Assembly (NCBI GenBank): GCA_963771075.1
Contig: CAVYSE010000020.1
Coordinates: 64,001 to 128,000 of the forward strand
Direction: 5' to 3'
From: a candidate division FCPU426 bacterium
GTDB lineage: Bacteria; Oederibacteriota; Muellerivitia; Muellerivitales; Muellerivitaceae
Length of the DNA stretch: 64,000 nucleotides
Of this stretch, positions 37,597 to 48,173 are shown in pieces. The position numbers were made by a program, and so were the translations under genes. Below the pieces are notes generated by a model. The model saw only the letters and a list, made by a program, of their open reading frames with translations, was not told the origin of the DNA and did no database searches. How positions within the stretch are numbered: the first letter of the stretch is position 1; each line of letters begins with the position of its first letter.

Positions 37597-38074
37597 GACG
37601 GAATGGCCCGTCGGCATCGCTGAAATGAAAATCGCCAAGGGCCCCGACCGCTTTTCCGCCATCGGGCTGGGATCCTGCGTGGGGGTGGCCCTTTGGGACG
37701 GCGAAACGGGCTGGGGAGCTTTGGCCCACGTCATGATGCCGGCGCGAAACGCCACCGCCCAGTTGCCTGTTCCGGGAAAATACGCGGATACTGCCGTGGA
37801 ATGGGTCCTTTCCGAGCTGGTCCAAAAAGGGGTCGACCAGGGAAGGTTGAGGGCCAAGTTGGTGGGGGGGGCGAACATGTTCAATTCCATCCAATTCAAC
37901 CCCTTGCCAATCGGTCTGCGGAACGTCATGGCCTGTCGGCGGGAATTGGCGAAAAGGGGCGTGCCCGTCGTAGCGGAAGATGTGGGAGGTGTCCGTGGGA
38001 GATCGGTCGTTTTTTTCCCCAAAGATGGAAGGCTTTCGATTCGCTGCCTTAATCAGCCGGAACGGTGGATTTGA
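37589..38074 (+). CDS. cheD: Chemoreceptor glutamine deamidase
   Basis: GLGSCVGVAL (Cys), AHVMMP (His), KYADTA, AKLVGGANMF, EDVGG. Confidence 0.93.
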   Translation: MPETEWPVGIAEMKIAKGPDRFSAIGLGSCVGVALWDGETGWGALAHVMMPARNATAQLPVPGKYADTAVEWVLSELVQKGVDQGRLRAKLVGGANMFNSIQFNPLPIGLRNVMACRRELAKRGVPVVAEDVGGVRGRSVVFFPKDGRLSIRCLNQPERWI

Positions 38075-38646
38075 TGAACCCGATGGATAAGTCCCAGGAA
38101 GATCCGGTTTGGAACTCGCCAGTCTCGTCAGATCGGGGGACGTCTGCGCTCGAGGATCTAGCCGGGTCCAGAGACCCACAAGCCCAATTGATCCTATTTA
38201 CCCTTGCGGGATGCGCCTTTGGGATTCCAATCCGCCAAGTAAGGGAGATCTTAAGGGTTGGAAACATCACGCGTATGCCCAAAGCGCCTTTTTTCCTGGA
38301 GGGAGTCATTCATTTGCGGGGCCGGATTACCCCGGTCATCGATTCCCAAAAAAGGCTCGGACTGCCAAGAACGGACCGTAACACGGATAGCCGTATCCTG
38401 GTGGTTGAATGGAAAGACCTCGTGATGGGACTAATCGTGGATAGGGTCCTGGAAACCTTGAGGGTCTATCGATCGGAGTTGAAACCGATCCCGGCAGGGA
38501 TCGGGCTGGGGGTCGACCCGTCCCTTTTCTCGGGCCTTTGGGAGGGACCCGGGAGGGAGGTGTTGTTGTTGAACCTGGAAAACATGATTCGGCTGGAAGA
38601 ACTTAAAAAGGAGCCCGACACACGGTCCGGCCCCCAGGAGGAATAA
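38074..38646 (+). CDS. cheW: Chemotaxis coupling protein
   Basis: FGIPIRQVREI, ITRMPKAP, GVIHLRGRITPVID, GLIVDRV. Confidence 0.93.
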   Translation: MNPMDKSQEDPVWNSPVSSDRGTSALEDLAGSRDPQAQLILFTLAGCAFGIPIRQVREILRVGNITRMPKAPFFLEGVIHLRGRITPVIDSQKRLGLPRTDRNTDSRILVVEWKDLVMGLIVDRVLETLRVYRSELKPIPAGIGLGVDPSLFSGLWEGPGREVLLLNLENMIRLEELKKEPDTRSGPQEE

Positions 38647-38649
38647 GCC

Positions 38650-39012
38650 GTGCCTATCAAGGTCTTATTTGTAGATGATTCTGCTTTTATGCGTGGAATC
38701 TTAAAGGGAATAATCCTGAAAGATCCCTATGTCCTGGCAGGAGAGGCGGAAAACGGAAGGGAAGGAATTGAGAAATTCCAGGAATTAAAGCCCGACTTGG
38801 TGACCATGGACATCGTGATGCCTGAGATGGACGGCATTGATGCGGTTAAAGGTATCCGGGAAAGAAACCCCGATGCGCGTATCATCATGGTTTCCGCCAT
38901 GGGTCAGCAATCCATGGTGATTGAGGCCATCCAAGCGGGCGCAAGGGATTTCATCATCAAGCCTTTCCAGCCTCCGCGTGTCCATGAAGCCCTTAAAAGG
39001 GTGATGGGATAA
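38650..39012 (+). CDS. cheY: Chemotaxis response regulator (copy 2)
   Basis: VDDSAFMR, MDIVMPEMDG, GARDFIIKPF. Confidence 0.93.
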   Translation: MPIKVLFVDDSAFMRGILKGIILKDPYVLAGEAENGREGIEKFQELKPDLVTMDIVMPEMDGIDAVKGIRERNPDARIIMVSAMGQQSMVIEAIQAGARDFIIKPFQPPRVHEALKRVMG

Positions 39013-40112
39013 TGGCGGAAAACGCGGTCAACGGCGGCCCCGACATGATACGGGTTCTTGTCGTGGATGATTCTTTTTTCATGAGGAAACTGATCGTGGA
39101 AGCCCTGGAGGCTCCGGGCAGCGGAATAAAGGTTGTGGAAACGGCTTCCGATGGGTTGGACGCATTGCGGAAGGCCAAAACGTGCAAGCCTGACGTAGTG
39201 ACCCTGGATGTGGAAATGCCCCGCTTGGACGGGCTTGAGACGCTGGCCCGGCTTATGACGGAAAGTCCAATACCTGTCGTCATGCTTTCCAGCCATACCG
39301 GAAAGGGCACGGATGCGACTCTGAAAGCCCTCGAACTGGGCGCAGTCGAATGTGTCCTTAAACCCGCTGGGATCATTCCGGGATCGATGAGGGGGGTGGA
39401 GAAGGAATTGATCGAAAAGATCCGGCTGGCTTCGCTTTGCAAGCCCCGCCCCGGCCGCATCGCTTTGGGGTCCTCTTTGGCCCCTGCCCCACAGGCTCCC
39501 CCGACGTCCCGGCAGGATCGGACAAGCCATTCTGCCCAATTCCTGGTCTGCGTGGCCGCTTCAACCGGTGGGCCAAGAGCCCTCAATGAATTTTTTTCCG
39601 TCATCAAGCATCATCCCAAAACCGCTTTCCTGGTGGTCCAACATATTTCAGTGGGGTTTACCCAGGCTTTGGCGCGTCGTTTGGGAGAGGCGGGCTCCTT
39701 GGACGTCACGGAAGCGGCCAAGGGTGAGCGAATCCTGGGGGGGAGGGGTTATGTCGCCCCGGCGGGCAAGCACTTGGTGGTGGAGGGAAAATCGGCAGAA
39801 TTCACTTTTCAGTTCAGCGACTTGCCGCCCCGCCTGGGGGTGAAACCCTCTGCCGATGTCCTTATGACTTCCGTAGCCAAGGCGGCCGGGGCCAAATGTC
39901 TTGGGGTGGTCCTGACCGGCATGGGACGGGATGGTACGCTGGGCTTAAAGGATATCCGCTCCGCCGGTGGAAAAACCTTCGCTCAAAACGCTGAATCCTG
40001 TGTTGTTTACGGGATGCCGAAGTCAGCCGTCGAAGCAGGGGTTGTTTCCCGCCAATTGGACTTGGAAACCATGGCTGACGAAATCAATTCCATCCTAATC
40101 GCCCAAGTTTGA
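39012..40112 (+). CDS. cheB: Chemotaxis methylesterase
   Basis: Receiver domain plus ASTGGP, VQH, PSADVL, LTGMGRDG, VYGMP. Confidence 0.95.
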   Translation: MAENAVNGGPDMIRVLVVDDSFFMRKLIVEALEAPGSGIKVVETASDGLDALRKAKTCKPDVVTLDVEMPRLDGLETLARLMTESPIPVVMLSSHTGKGTDATLKALELGAVECVLKPAGIIPGSMRGVEKELIEKIRLASLCKPRPGRIALGSSLAPAPQAPPTSRQDRTSHSAQFLVCVAASTGGPRALNEFFSVIKHHPKTAFLVVQHISVGFTQALARRLGEAGSLDVTEAAKGERILGGRGYVAPAGKHLVVEGKSAEFTFQFSDLPPRLGVKPSADVLMTSVAKAAGAKCLGVVLTGMGRDGTLGLKDIRSAGGKTFAQNAESCVVYGMPKSAVEAGVVSRQLDLETMADEINSILIAQV

Positions 40113-40314
40113 CCGCCGGGTTCCAGTTTTTTCCTTTAAAATAAGAACCTAAAAGTAAAACCCTGTTCATCCCAAAGACACCAGGATAGGGCATTACAAA
40201 ATGAGCGATTTTCGAAGTGGTATGTTCTCAAGTCTTTCAATTTATTTTAAGCCTGGGTGACTTGGCGCCGGGATATAAGTTTTGTACTCGACTTTTAGAT
40301 AGGGACGTGGAGAT

Positions 40315-42417
40315 TTGAACACCCAGGATTACAAAGAACTTTTTCTTGTCGAAGCGAGAGATTATCTCTCTACCTTGAATAATGCCCTCGTGGTCCTGGA
40401 AAAGGATCCCGGGCACGCCGAGGCGGTCAAGGAGATTTTCCGGGCTGCCCACACCCTGAAGGGCATGTCCGCCACCATGGGTTACGCTCCCATGACCACC
40501 CTAACGCATCGGATGGAAACAGTCATGGAGCCGGTGCGGTCCGGAACTTCCAGCCTTTCTACGGAACAGGTGGACGTCCTTTTCGCTTGCCTGGACCGCC
40601 TGGAATTATGGGTAAAAGATTTGGAGTCGGGAAATGAGATTTCCGAAGAATCCACGGGCGACCTCCTGGAAAGGCTCGAATCCCCCGCCGATTCCTCCAG
40701 TGGGACCGAGGCGTCGGCCGCCATGATGCCGGGGGTGATGACGGCCCAGCCTGATTCAAGCGGTTTTGCATTCGATGAGAATGAAAGGGAAATCCTGGCC
40801 CAGGCCAGGGTGAATGGGTTCTCGCTTTTTCGACTCCTCGTCCGGTTTGAGCCGGGGTGCGTATTCAAGGAAGTGCGTGCTTTTATGGTCCTCAAGAACC
40901 TTATCCCGCTGGGTGAGGTGGTTAAATCAATTCCTCCTGGACCGGCGGTCGAGAAAGGCGAGTTCGACCGCTCCTTCGAATTGGTCTTGGTGACCGAGAA
41001 TTCCCCCCAAAAGCTGAGGGATGCGGTGCTTTCAGTAGTAGAAGTGGAGGCCGCGGAGGTGTCGCCCTTGGAGCCTTCCGAATTGGAATCCGGAACTATG
41101 GGGCGCCACTCCGAGATAGGGGACGCTAGAATTTCAAATATTCCTACAGTTCCAAAACCATCCGAGTCACCGGGCTTGACCGAGGAAAAAGCCTTCACCC
41201 TTCCTACCATCCGAGTTCATACCAGTAAGTTGGATAAATTAATGTCCTTGGTGCAAGAACTGGTAATATCCAAGGTCCGCTTCGAGATGGTTGCTTCCAA
41301 CGGGGAAGTGAGGGAATTGCGGGAACCTTTGGCTCAACTTCACCACATTACGGATGAGCTTCAGGATGAGATCATGAAAGTGCGATTAATACCAGTGAAA
41401 CAGGTCTTTGACCGATTTCCACGCATGATCCGAGATTTAGCCAAGAGCCTGGGAAAACAGGTGAATTTGGAGATGGATGGGGCGGAGGTGGAATTAGATC
41501 GTACAGTGATTGACGAAATTGGCGAGCCGCTGGTTCACCTGCTTCGCAATGCCGTGGATCATGGCGTCGAGACACCCGGTCTACGGGCCCAGGAAGGAAA
41601 AGATCCATTTGGGACCATCCGGCTACAAGCCAAACGCGAAAGGTCGTCGGTTGTTTTATCCGTCACCGATGACGGCAAGGGTATTGACCCGGATCGGGTA
41701 CGACAACGTTCGGTGAGTAAAGGGTTGATGACTGCCGAAGAAGCCGGGAAACTTACTGATGAAGAAGCGGTAAGGCTTATCGGGCAGCCAGGCTTTTCAC
41801 TTGCCGAAAGGGCAACTGAGATATCGGGTAGGGGAGTGGGAGTAGACGCGGCCAAAACGAAGGTGGAGTCAATGGGTGGGAGCTTCCGCATCCAAAGCCG
41901 GAAGGGGTCGGGCACCACGATTTTCCTGCGGTTCCCCCTCACGTTGGCCATCATTAAGGCGCTTCTGGTGAGGTCGGGCGGGGAAACTTTCGCGATTCCG
42001 GTATCGGGAGTGCTCGAAACGCTTGAGATCAACCCGAACGAAAAACGCCTCCTCCAGCTACAAGAGACTCTTTTGCTGCGCGATGAGGTTCTACCCCTTT
42101 ACCGGCTGGGGGATTTGCTTGAATTAGGTGCTCCTCCTCTTACTTTGGAGCTGGAACCAGTGGTCGTGGTGGAAGTTGGAGAGTCGCGGGTGGGATTATT
42201 GGTGGATTCCATCGTTGGCCAGAATGAGATCGCAATCAAACCACTGGATCGGTTCTTAAAAAAAATCAGGGGTTTCGCGGGAGCTACCGTATTGGGGGAC
42301 GGAAACATCGCCCTCGTTCTGGATGTGAACAGTCTTATCGAGGATTTACGCGAACGCCGTTATCGCGCTGATCATTCTCTTCCTGGGAAGGAAAACGCCC
42401 ATGCTCTTGAACCTTGA
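40315..42417 (+). CDS. cheA: Chemotaxis histidine kinase
   Basis: FRAAHTLKG (Hpt), P2 region, HLLRNAVDHG, DDGKG, SGRGVG, C-terminal CheW domain. Confidence 0.97.
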   Translation: MNTQDYKELFLVEARDYLSTLNNALVVLEKDPGHAEAVKEIFRAAHTLKGMSATMGYAPMTTLTHRMETVMEPVRSGTSSLSTEQVDVLFACLDRLELWVKDLESGNEISEESTGDLLERLESPADSSSGTEASAAMMPGVMTAQPDSSGFAFDENEREILAQARVNGFSLFRLLVRFEPGCVFKEVRAFMVLKNLIPLGEVVKSIPPGPAVEKGEFDRSFELVLVTENSPQKLRDAVLSVVEVEAAEVSPLEPSELESGTMGRHSEIGDARISNIPTVPKPSESPGLTEEKAFTLPTIRVHTSKLDKLMSLVQELVISKVRFEMVASNGEVRELREPLAQLHHITDELQDEIMKVRLIPVKQVFDRFPRMIRDLAKSLGKQVNLEMDGAEVELDRTVIDEIGEPLVHLLRNAVDHGVETPGLRAQEGKDPFGTIRLQAKRERSSVVLSVTDDGKGIDPDRVRQRSVSKGLMTAEEAGKLTDEEAVRLIGQPGFSLAERATEISGRGVGVDAAKTKVESMGGSFRIQSRKGSGTTIFLRFPLTLAIIKALLVRSGGETFAIPVSGVLETLEINPNEKRLLQLQETLLLRDEVLPLYRLGDLLELGAPPLTLELEPVVVVEVGESRVGLLVDSIVGQNEIAIKPLDRFLKKIRGFAGATVLGDGNIALVLDVNSLIEDLRERRYRADHSLPGKENAHALEP

Positions 42418-43015
42418 CGATTTGACCCCAGCCCAACTGGACGCCCTGAAGGAGGTGGGTAATATCGGGGCGGGCCACGGGGCCACCGCCCTCTCGCAGA
42501 TGCTTGGTAAGAAGATCCGGATCACCGTCCCGCGGGCTTCCATTTTGGCATTGGGGGATGTGCCCCATCTGGTGGGTGATCCCCAGACCCTCGTGGCGGG
42601 TCTTTGTTTGACCATCCTAGGGGACGCGACAGGAAAAATTTTCCTCCTTTTTCCCCGGGATTCCGCATTGCACCTGGCGGATCTGCTACTTAAAAAGGAA
42701 GTGGGTACCAGCCAAATCCTTGACGAAATGGGGCATTCGGCGATCAAGGAAGCGGGAAATATCCTTGCAGGTGCCTATTTGAGTGCTTTAAATGAGTTTT
42801 TGGGCATGCTTCTTTTAATGTCCGTTCCAACCCTGGTGTTTGACATGGCGGGGGCCCTTTTGACTACTCTCTCTCACGGAATTGAGAAATCGACAAAGGT
42901 CATCGTGATCGAAACCGAATTCTTGGATGACAACAAGGTGGTGGGCGGATATTTCATCCTAGTCCCGGATCCGGTCTCCCTCCAGGCGATCTTCCAAGCC
43001 ATCCGGGTCCGCTAA
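42401..43015 (+). CDS. cheC: CheY-P phosphatase CheC (copy 2)
   Basis: DALKEVGNIGAG and SAIKEAGNIL; both ExxN sites intact. Confidence 0.92.
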   Translation: MLLNLDDLTPAQLDALKEVGNIGAGHGATALSQMLGKKIRITVPRASILALGDVPHLVGDPQTLVAGLCLTILGDATGKIFLLFPRDSALHLADLLLKKEVGTSQILDEMGHSAIKEAGNILAGAYLSALNEFLGMLLLMSVPTLVFDMAGALLTTLSHGIEKSTKVIVIETEFLDDNKVVGGYFILVPDPVSLQAIFQAIRVR

Positions 43016-43183
43016 AATATCATTTGGGTGGGCTAACTGAAGAGCTCCGCGATCTTATCAATAAATTATTCCAGAATTTGGCAATTCTTCCATTCAATCT
43101 CCTCCAAAGATCGTGATAAGATAGCGCGCATTAAACATTGTTTCCTATTTAGCCCATTCCAAATCCCTGGAAGGATTTAACGG

Positions 43184-44392
43184 ATGAATGAAAACCTTGC
43201 TTTATTGACCGAAATTAACGGTCTCGCCAATTCCCCCAATCCCACCCCGGCCCACCTGGCTTATGCCTGCCTGAAATGGCGTGAAAAATACCAGTTCGAT
43301 ACGGTCTTTTTGGCTGTTTCCGGCGCCCCCGACGAACCCATCACCGCCCTGGCTTTTGATGGAAAAGAAGAATTGGTCGATTCTGGACTTTACCGACTAG
43401 GAGTGGAGGAGCGAATCAGCCTTTCCAAGGCGTCCTATAAGACCTTTTCCGACGTAACAGGGAAACCTGTTTTCAACAAATACGGCTCCTTACGCATGCA
43501 AAAACCTAATGGGGGGATGTTTCTTAACGATTTCAAGCCGCATGAACGCTACATCCTTTTTGGGCTGATGCATGAGGAACCCAAGTCCTATCCGGAGGCG
43601 TTGCTCAAGGAAATCCTCGGGGTTTGGAAAGACTGGCTGGGGGCACTCAACCTGGGGTTGGATAAGGCCTTGTCGACGGGGTATCCTTCCGCACCAGTGA
43701 AAGCTTATCCAGTGGCCCCGTCCAACGAACCGCCGCTTACTCCTTCGGCGACGAAGGCGGAACCATCCGTCGCCCTCAAAGTTCCACCCTCGGAAGAAAG
43801 TCCATCAGCATCGGCTTCCGGCTCGGGACAAAAGAGGTCGCCCGGCGAAATACCACCTCCTCCGCATCTTTCCGTGAATGAGCCCTTCGCTCATGATGAA
43901 ATAGGAGGGAAAAGGCGCCGACCTGTTTTGCTTGTGGATGAGGTGACGAGACTTTTTAATAAAGCCTATTTTGAGGAAAGCCTGGCTATCGAGGTTGAAA
44001 GGGCCAAAAGATATCAGCGTAATGTCAGCCTGCTTTTCCTCGAGGTAACCCCCCTCGCCCCCCTCGGCGACCAGGAGAACAAGGTCGCGACCCAAGTGGC
44101 GGAAATATTATCTAACAGCCTTCGGCGGGTGGACGTCATCTGCCGGCTGGATAAAAACCGTTACGCCATCGTACTTCCTGATACCGCCTTTAACACTTAC
44201 GGGATCATCGCGAAGCGCATTTTTAAATATTTCAAGCAAATCATGGGGGACCATCCGTTGGTTTACATAAACCTGAGTGCCTCTACCTATCCCCAGCATG
44301 TAGAAAACCACATCGCTTTATATGAACACACGGAAAAACTGCTTTCCCAGGCCAAGGAAGCCGGCCCCAATAAGGCCGTTTTGCCCGATTAA
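43184..44392 (+). CDS. Degenerate GGDEF-domain protein
   Basis: DEVTRLFNKAYF...ERAKRY...LRRVDVICRLDKNRYAIVLPDT: GGDEF replaced by DKNRY, RxxD I-site kept; unknown N-terminal domain plus Pro-rich linker. Confidence 0.75.
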   Translation: MNENLALLTEINGLANSPNPTPAHLAYACLKWREKYQFDTVFLAVSGAPDEPITALAFDGKEELVDSGLYRLGVEERISLSKASYKTFSDVTGKPVFNKYGSLRMQKPNGGMFLNDFKPHERYILFGLMHEEPKSYPEALLKEILGVWKDWLGALNLGLDKALSTGYPSAPVKAYPVAPSNEPPLTPSATKAEPSVALKVPPSEESPSASASGSGQKRSPGEIPPPPHLSVNEPFAHDEIGGKRRRPVLLVDEVTRLFNKAYFEESLAIEVERAKRYQRNVSLLFLEVTPLAPLGDQENKVATQVAEILSNSLRRVDVICRLDKNRYAIVLPDTAFNTYGIIAKRIFKYFKQIMGDHPLVYINLSASTYPQHVENHIALYEHTEKLLSQAKEAGPNKAVLPD

Positions 44393-44395
44393 CCC

Positions 44396-45508
44396 ATGGA
44401 TACCCGTCTCGCCCGCCTTGCACTTCACCTGACCGGGGTGATCGGACCCCGCCGTCTTAAAGCCGCGAAGGATGCCTTTTCGAACCTGGAAGATGTTTTT
44501 GGCTCACCGGAGGAAAAGCTCCAGGAACTCCCCGATTGGACCCCCTCTTGCGCGAAAAAAGTTTTGGCCTTGCGAAATCCAGCTGAAAGGGCGAAAGCCG
44601 AACTGGAGGAGGCTGCCCACCGGGGCATTCATTTATACGTTGAGGGAGACGATGGGTTCCCGGCCGTGTTTCAAAATCTTTACGATCCCCCATTCGTTTT
44701 ATGGGTTCGGGGCCAATTATTGAAGGAAGACGAAAATGCCATCGCGGTCATCGGGTGTCGCAGGCCTAGCCCCTACGGTAAGCACGCGGCCCTTCATCTT
44801 TCGGAGGGCATCGCGGGCGCTGGATACACAGTGGTTTCGGGCTTGGCGCGGGGCATCGACTCCTTGGCCCACCGGGGAGCTCTCAAGCACCCGCAGGGGA
44901 GAACCCTCGCTTTTTTGGGAAGTGGACTTCTGAACCTTTATCCGCCCGAAAACGGGGATCTGGCGGAAGAAATCACCCAGCGGGGTGCGGTTTTAAGTGA
45001 ATACCCTCTCCGCGCAAAACCACTGGCGCTTCATTTCCCCCAGCGAAACCGATTGATCAGCGGATGGTCCCGCGGGGTTTTGGTGGTTGAAGCCGCGAAA
45101 GATAGTGGTTCATTTATTACGGTGGACCATGCCCTGGAACAGGGAAGGCCCGTTTTCGCCGTGCCTGGTCCCATCGATCATCCCCAATCGGAGGGCACCC
45201 ATGCGCTGATCCAACAAGGGGCCCGGCTTGTGACGGGCGTGGAGGATATTTTCCATGAATTAGGCGACTTGCGGGCGGAAATCCTCTTCAAAGCGCAGGA
45301 TGGTTCAGGAAAAGTCCCGGGGAATCGGGAACTGTTGACCGAAGAGGAAAAGTACCTGCTGGAGAAATTGTCCCATGAGCCAAGACATGTGGACCAACTG
45401 ATGCACGAAGCCCGCATGGACCTTCGAAAACTGAACGAGCTTTTGCTTTTCCTGGAAATGAAGGGGTTCGTTCAGCAAACCCCGGGACATTGTTATTTCA
45501 AACTTTGA
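44396..45508 (+). CDS. dprA: DNA-processing protein DprA
   Basis: VVSGLARGIDSLAH, FPQRNRLISG, VVEAAKDSGS, VFAVPG, LIQQGA. Confidence 0.95.
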   Translation: MDTRLARLALHLTGVIGPRRLKAAKDAFSNLEDVFGSPEEKLQELPDWTPSCAKKVLALRNPAERAKAELEEAAHRGIHLYVEGDDGFPAVFQNLYDPPFVLWVRGQLLKEDENAIAVIGCRRPSPYGKHAALHLSEGIAGAGYTVVSGLARGIDSLAHRGALKHPQGRTLAFLGSGLLNLYPPENGDLAEEITQRGAVLSEYPLRAKPLALHFPQRNRLISGWSRGVLVVEAAKDSGSFITVDHALEQGRPVFAVPGPIDHPQSEGTHALIQQGARLVTGVEDIFHELGDLRAEILFKAQDGSGKVPGNRELLTEEEKYLLEKLSHEPRHVDQLMHEARMDLRKLNELLLFLEMKGFVQQTPGHCYFKL

Positions 45509-45613
45509 CACTGGATTTTGCTTCTTGGTGAAAATTCAGCGGAAGGAAGTTGTGCTTGGTTAGGATCGGTGGACATTTACTGGAAGAAGGTTGTTGTGCC
45601 CTGGAAAAATAAT

Positions 45614-46396
45614 ATGGAAAAAAGCCGAATATTATTGGCGCTTTTTGCCTTGGCGCCCCCCTTGTGGGCGGGAACTGAGATAAAGGCCCTGGTGGAAGGC
45701 AGTGCCTACAAGGAGGCTTGGATCGACCTTGGGACCGTCGTAAGCGACGGACATTTAAAGGTGCATTTCAAAGGTCCCTGGTGCCTGGGTTCCCTGATTT
45801 ACGACCGGGAAACCTCCCAGCTGACCATCGTGGATGAACAGCGTAAGACCGTTATTGTCCTCACACAAGAAAACCAGGCCGCCTTGAAGGTCATCGGAGC
45901 CCTTTCCTCGGCGAAGCTCATGGGCCAAATCACGGGCTCGACCCCCAGTGCCAAGAAAACCTTCGCAATGGTCAAGGAGAATGCCCAGGCCTTCTTTAAC
46001 GGGACGCCCTTTTTGAAAGAAAGCGGCCAGCCCAAGGCCGGCTTAACCTGCGATCATTACGAAACCGACTGGAACGGCCAAAAGACGCGGGAAGTTTGGA
46101 CCACCGAACCGGCTGCCGCGGGAGTGGATGGGGAAGACTTCAATACCATCCGGGGCTTGGCCCATCTTTTATTGGACCTGTGCGGGAGTGAATTGGCCCA
46201 GTTGGGAGCGGACACGACGTTTTTTCAACAGAACCTACCAGAGGCTCCGCTTCCTGTTTTTGCCGATCTTTATACGAACGGCAAACATACTGGAAGATTC
46301 CAAATCCTCTCGGTCCGTTCGCGGGATATCGCCCCGGGCTCTTTCGCGCCACCCTCAAGTTACAAGGTTTTAGGATTGCTGGATTTGTTGAAATAA
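45614..46396 (+). CDS. Exported hypothetical protein (DUF4412-like)
   Basis: Signal peptide; C-terminal FAPPSSYK and 'GLTCDHYE...REVW' pattern. Confidence 0.5.
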   Translation: MEKSRILLALFALAPPLWAGTEIKALVEGSAYKEAWIDLGTVVSDGHLKVHFKGPWCLGSLIYDRETSQLTIVDEQRKTVIVLTQENQAALKVIGALSSAKLMGQITGSTPSAKKTFAMVKENAQAFFNGTPFLKESGQPKAGLTCDHYETDWNGQKTREVWTTEPAAAGVDGEDFNTIRGLAHLLLDLCGSELAQLGADTTFFQQNLPEAPLPVFADLYTNGKHTGRFQILSVRSRDIAPGSFAPPSSYKVLGLLDLLK

Positions 46397-46790
46397 TGAA
46401 AAAACTTTTGAACAAGGCACCAAAACCCCAAGTAAAGCCCAACTATTAAGAAACTAATAACAAATCCCGAAGCCATGGAATTTGAACCGCCAAGACACAT
46501 GCCGACTCTCTTTAAATATATTAAGGAGCCAGTAGGGCCCCGATAAGGGGCCAAAGGGTGCGAATTATGGCATGGGAAAAGCGATCATAATTAAATGAAG
46601 GGCCATATGGTTTTGCTTGTGTAACTTTGTCTTCGTCGTGGTGAAAGGTGTTTTGCTGGAAGGTTTGGTTCACGTTAAATCCACCCTGTTCGCGAAGAGT
46701 TTAATCAGAACATCTTTTCATAACGGTGACTATAATAAAGGCATATTCGACCCATTTAGTTTCCCTGGGCCAAAGATCAAGGAGGCGTTT

Positions 46791-47417
46791 ATGAAGCTCT
46801 GGAGCGATACCTTCGGCGAGGGTTCGAAATTAAGGGATGATTATGTTTTCATGAAACCCCATCCGACTCAGCACGCGATCCTGTCCCAAAACAAGAACCC
46901 CCATTTGGCTTGGGGCGAGATTCCTAGGGACGCGAAATCCCTCGTATTAATTATGCATGATAGCGATGCTCCCCAGAGCCGGGACTTCGTAAACAAAACG
47001 GATAAAACCCTGCCCTTTGACGCCCCCCGGAGCGAATTTTTCCATTGGGTATTGGTAGATATACCCACCAGCGGTTCCCCCATCCTGGCGGGCGAATTCA
47101 GCAAGCTGGTGACCGTCAAGGGGAAGCCGGGCCCTGCCGCGCCCCGCGGCATGAGGCAGGGATTGAACGACTACACCACCTGGTTTAAGGGCAACCTGGC
47201 TATGGAAGGGAATTATTTCGGCTACGACGGGGCTGGCCCACCGTGGAATGACGAGAAAATCCACCATTACCATTTCACACTCTTTGCCATCAAGGAAAAG
47301 AAATTCCCCATTGAGGGCAATTTCACGGGTAAGGACGTGCTCAACGCGCTGGTGGGAAAGGTGATCGAGAAGACGAGGCTGTCCTGTCTTTACTCGATCT
47401 ACCCCAAGGCCCGGTAA
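46791..47417 (+). CDS. YbhB/YbcL (PEBP/Raf kinase inhibitor-like) protein
   Basis: NPHLAW, DSDAP, FFHWVLVDIP, YDGAGPPWND...HHYHFTLFA; AAGGAGG RBS. Confidence 0.9.
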   Translation: MKLWSDTFGEGSKLRDDYVFMKPHPTQHAILSQNKNPHLAWGEIPRDAKSLVLIMHDSDAPQSRDFVNKTDKTLPFDAPRSEFFHWVLVDIPTSGSPILAGEFSKLVTVKGKPGPAAPRGMRQGLNDYTTWFKGNLAMEGNYFGYDGAGPPWNDEKIHHYHFTLFAIKEKKFPIEGNFTGKDVLNALVGKVIEKTRLSCLYSIYPKAR

Positions 47418-47586
47418 TTCAACCCGGTAAACGGCATCGTTGCCTTTGCGCCCATGGATGAAGGGCCCCTTTTGCCTCCGAAAAGGTTCACCTTCTCCCG
47501 GGTCTTGAAACAGCTGACCTGGTGCCGCATATTGCATCATTCTAAAACGAAGCCGATCACCCCGGTCGGCCACACGAGGGTCAACG

Positions 47587-47943
47587 ATGTCGGAATCCAA
47601 ATCGTTTCTTGAGAGAAGATTGCAATCCCGGGTCCGGGTTAAGATCCCCGTGCATTACACCTTAGTGGAGAACAAAAAAGTGCTGGCGAAGGTTCGGGGC
47701 CTCCACGCCTTGGCAAAGGATTTGAGCTTGAGCGGCATGTTCGTCAAGACCGACAAACCCGTGGCGGTTGGCGACGTTTTAAGGTTGGATATTTCCATAC
47801 CGGGGAAAAAAATAAAACACTATTTCGCATTCGCTGAGGTGGTTCGAGCCTCGAAAAGCGGGGCGGGCATCAAACTTTTGCTAATGCCGGAAGAGGATAA
47901 ATCGGGATTGCGGGAATACCTCGCCACCGAGGGCATCCAATAA
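47587..47943 (+). CDS. PilZ-domain protein
   Basis: RxxxR (RLQSR) and DxSxxG (DLSLSG). Confidence 0.85.
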   Translation: MSESKSFLERRLQSRVRVKIPVHYTLVENKKVLAKVRGLHALAKDLSLSGMFVKTDKPVAVGDVLRLDISIPGKKIKHYFAFAEVVRASKSGAGIKLLLMPEEDKSGLREYLATEGIQ

Positions 47944-48068
47944 TAACCGGGTTTTGTCCCCAGGCAGTGATCCAACCGATCCCGAGCCTTGAATTTAATT
48001 TTTTTGGGAATCCGTCGAATAATCCATCTTCTTTCCATCCCATCCCGTGGTGGTCGGCCCTCCGAAAC

Positions 48069-48097
48069 TTGACAAAGGATAGCGGCCTGCCTATTCT
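48069..48097 (+). promoter_or_regulatory. Sigma70-type promoter upstream of topA
   Basis: TTGACA-N17-TATTCT. Confidence 0.65.
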
Positions 48098-48173
48098 TGC
48101 CCCCACGCGCAAAAAGAAAATCACTCTCATATAAATAAACGGCGCGCAACTAAGAGCGCATGGAGACCCTTTC

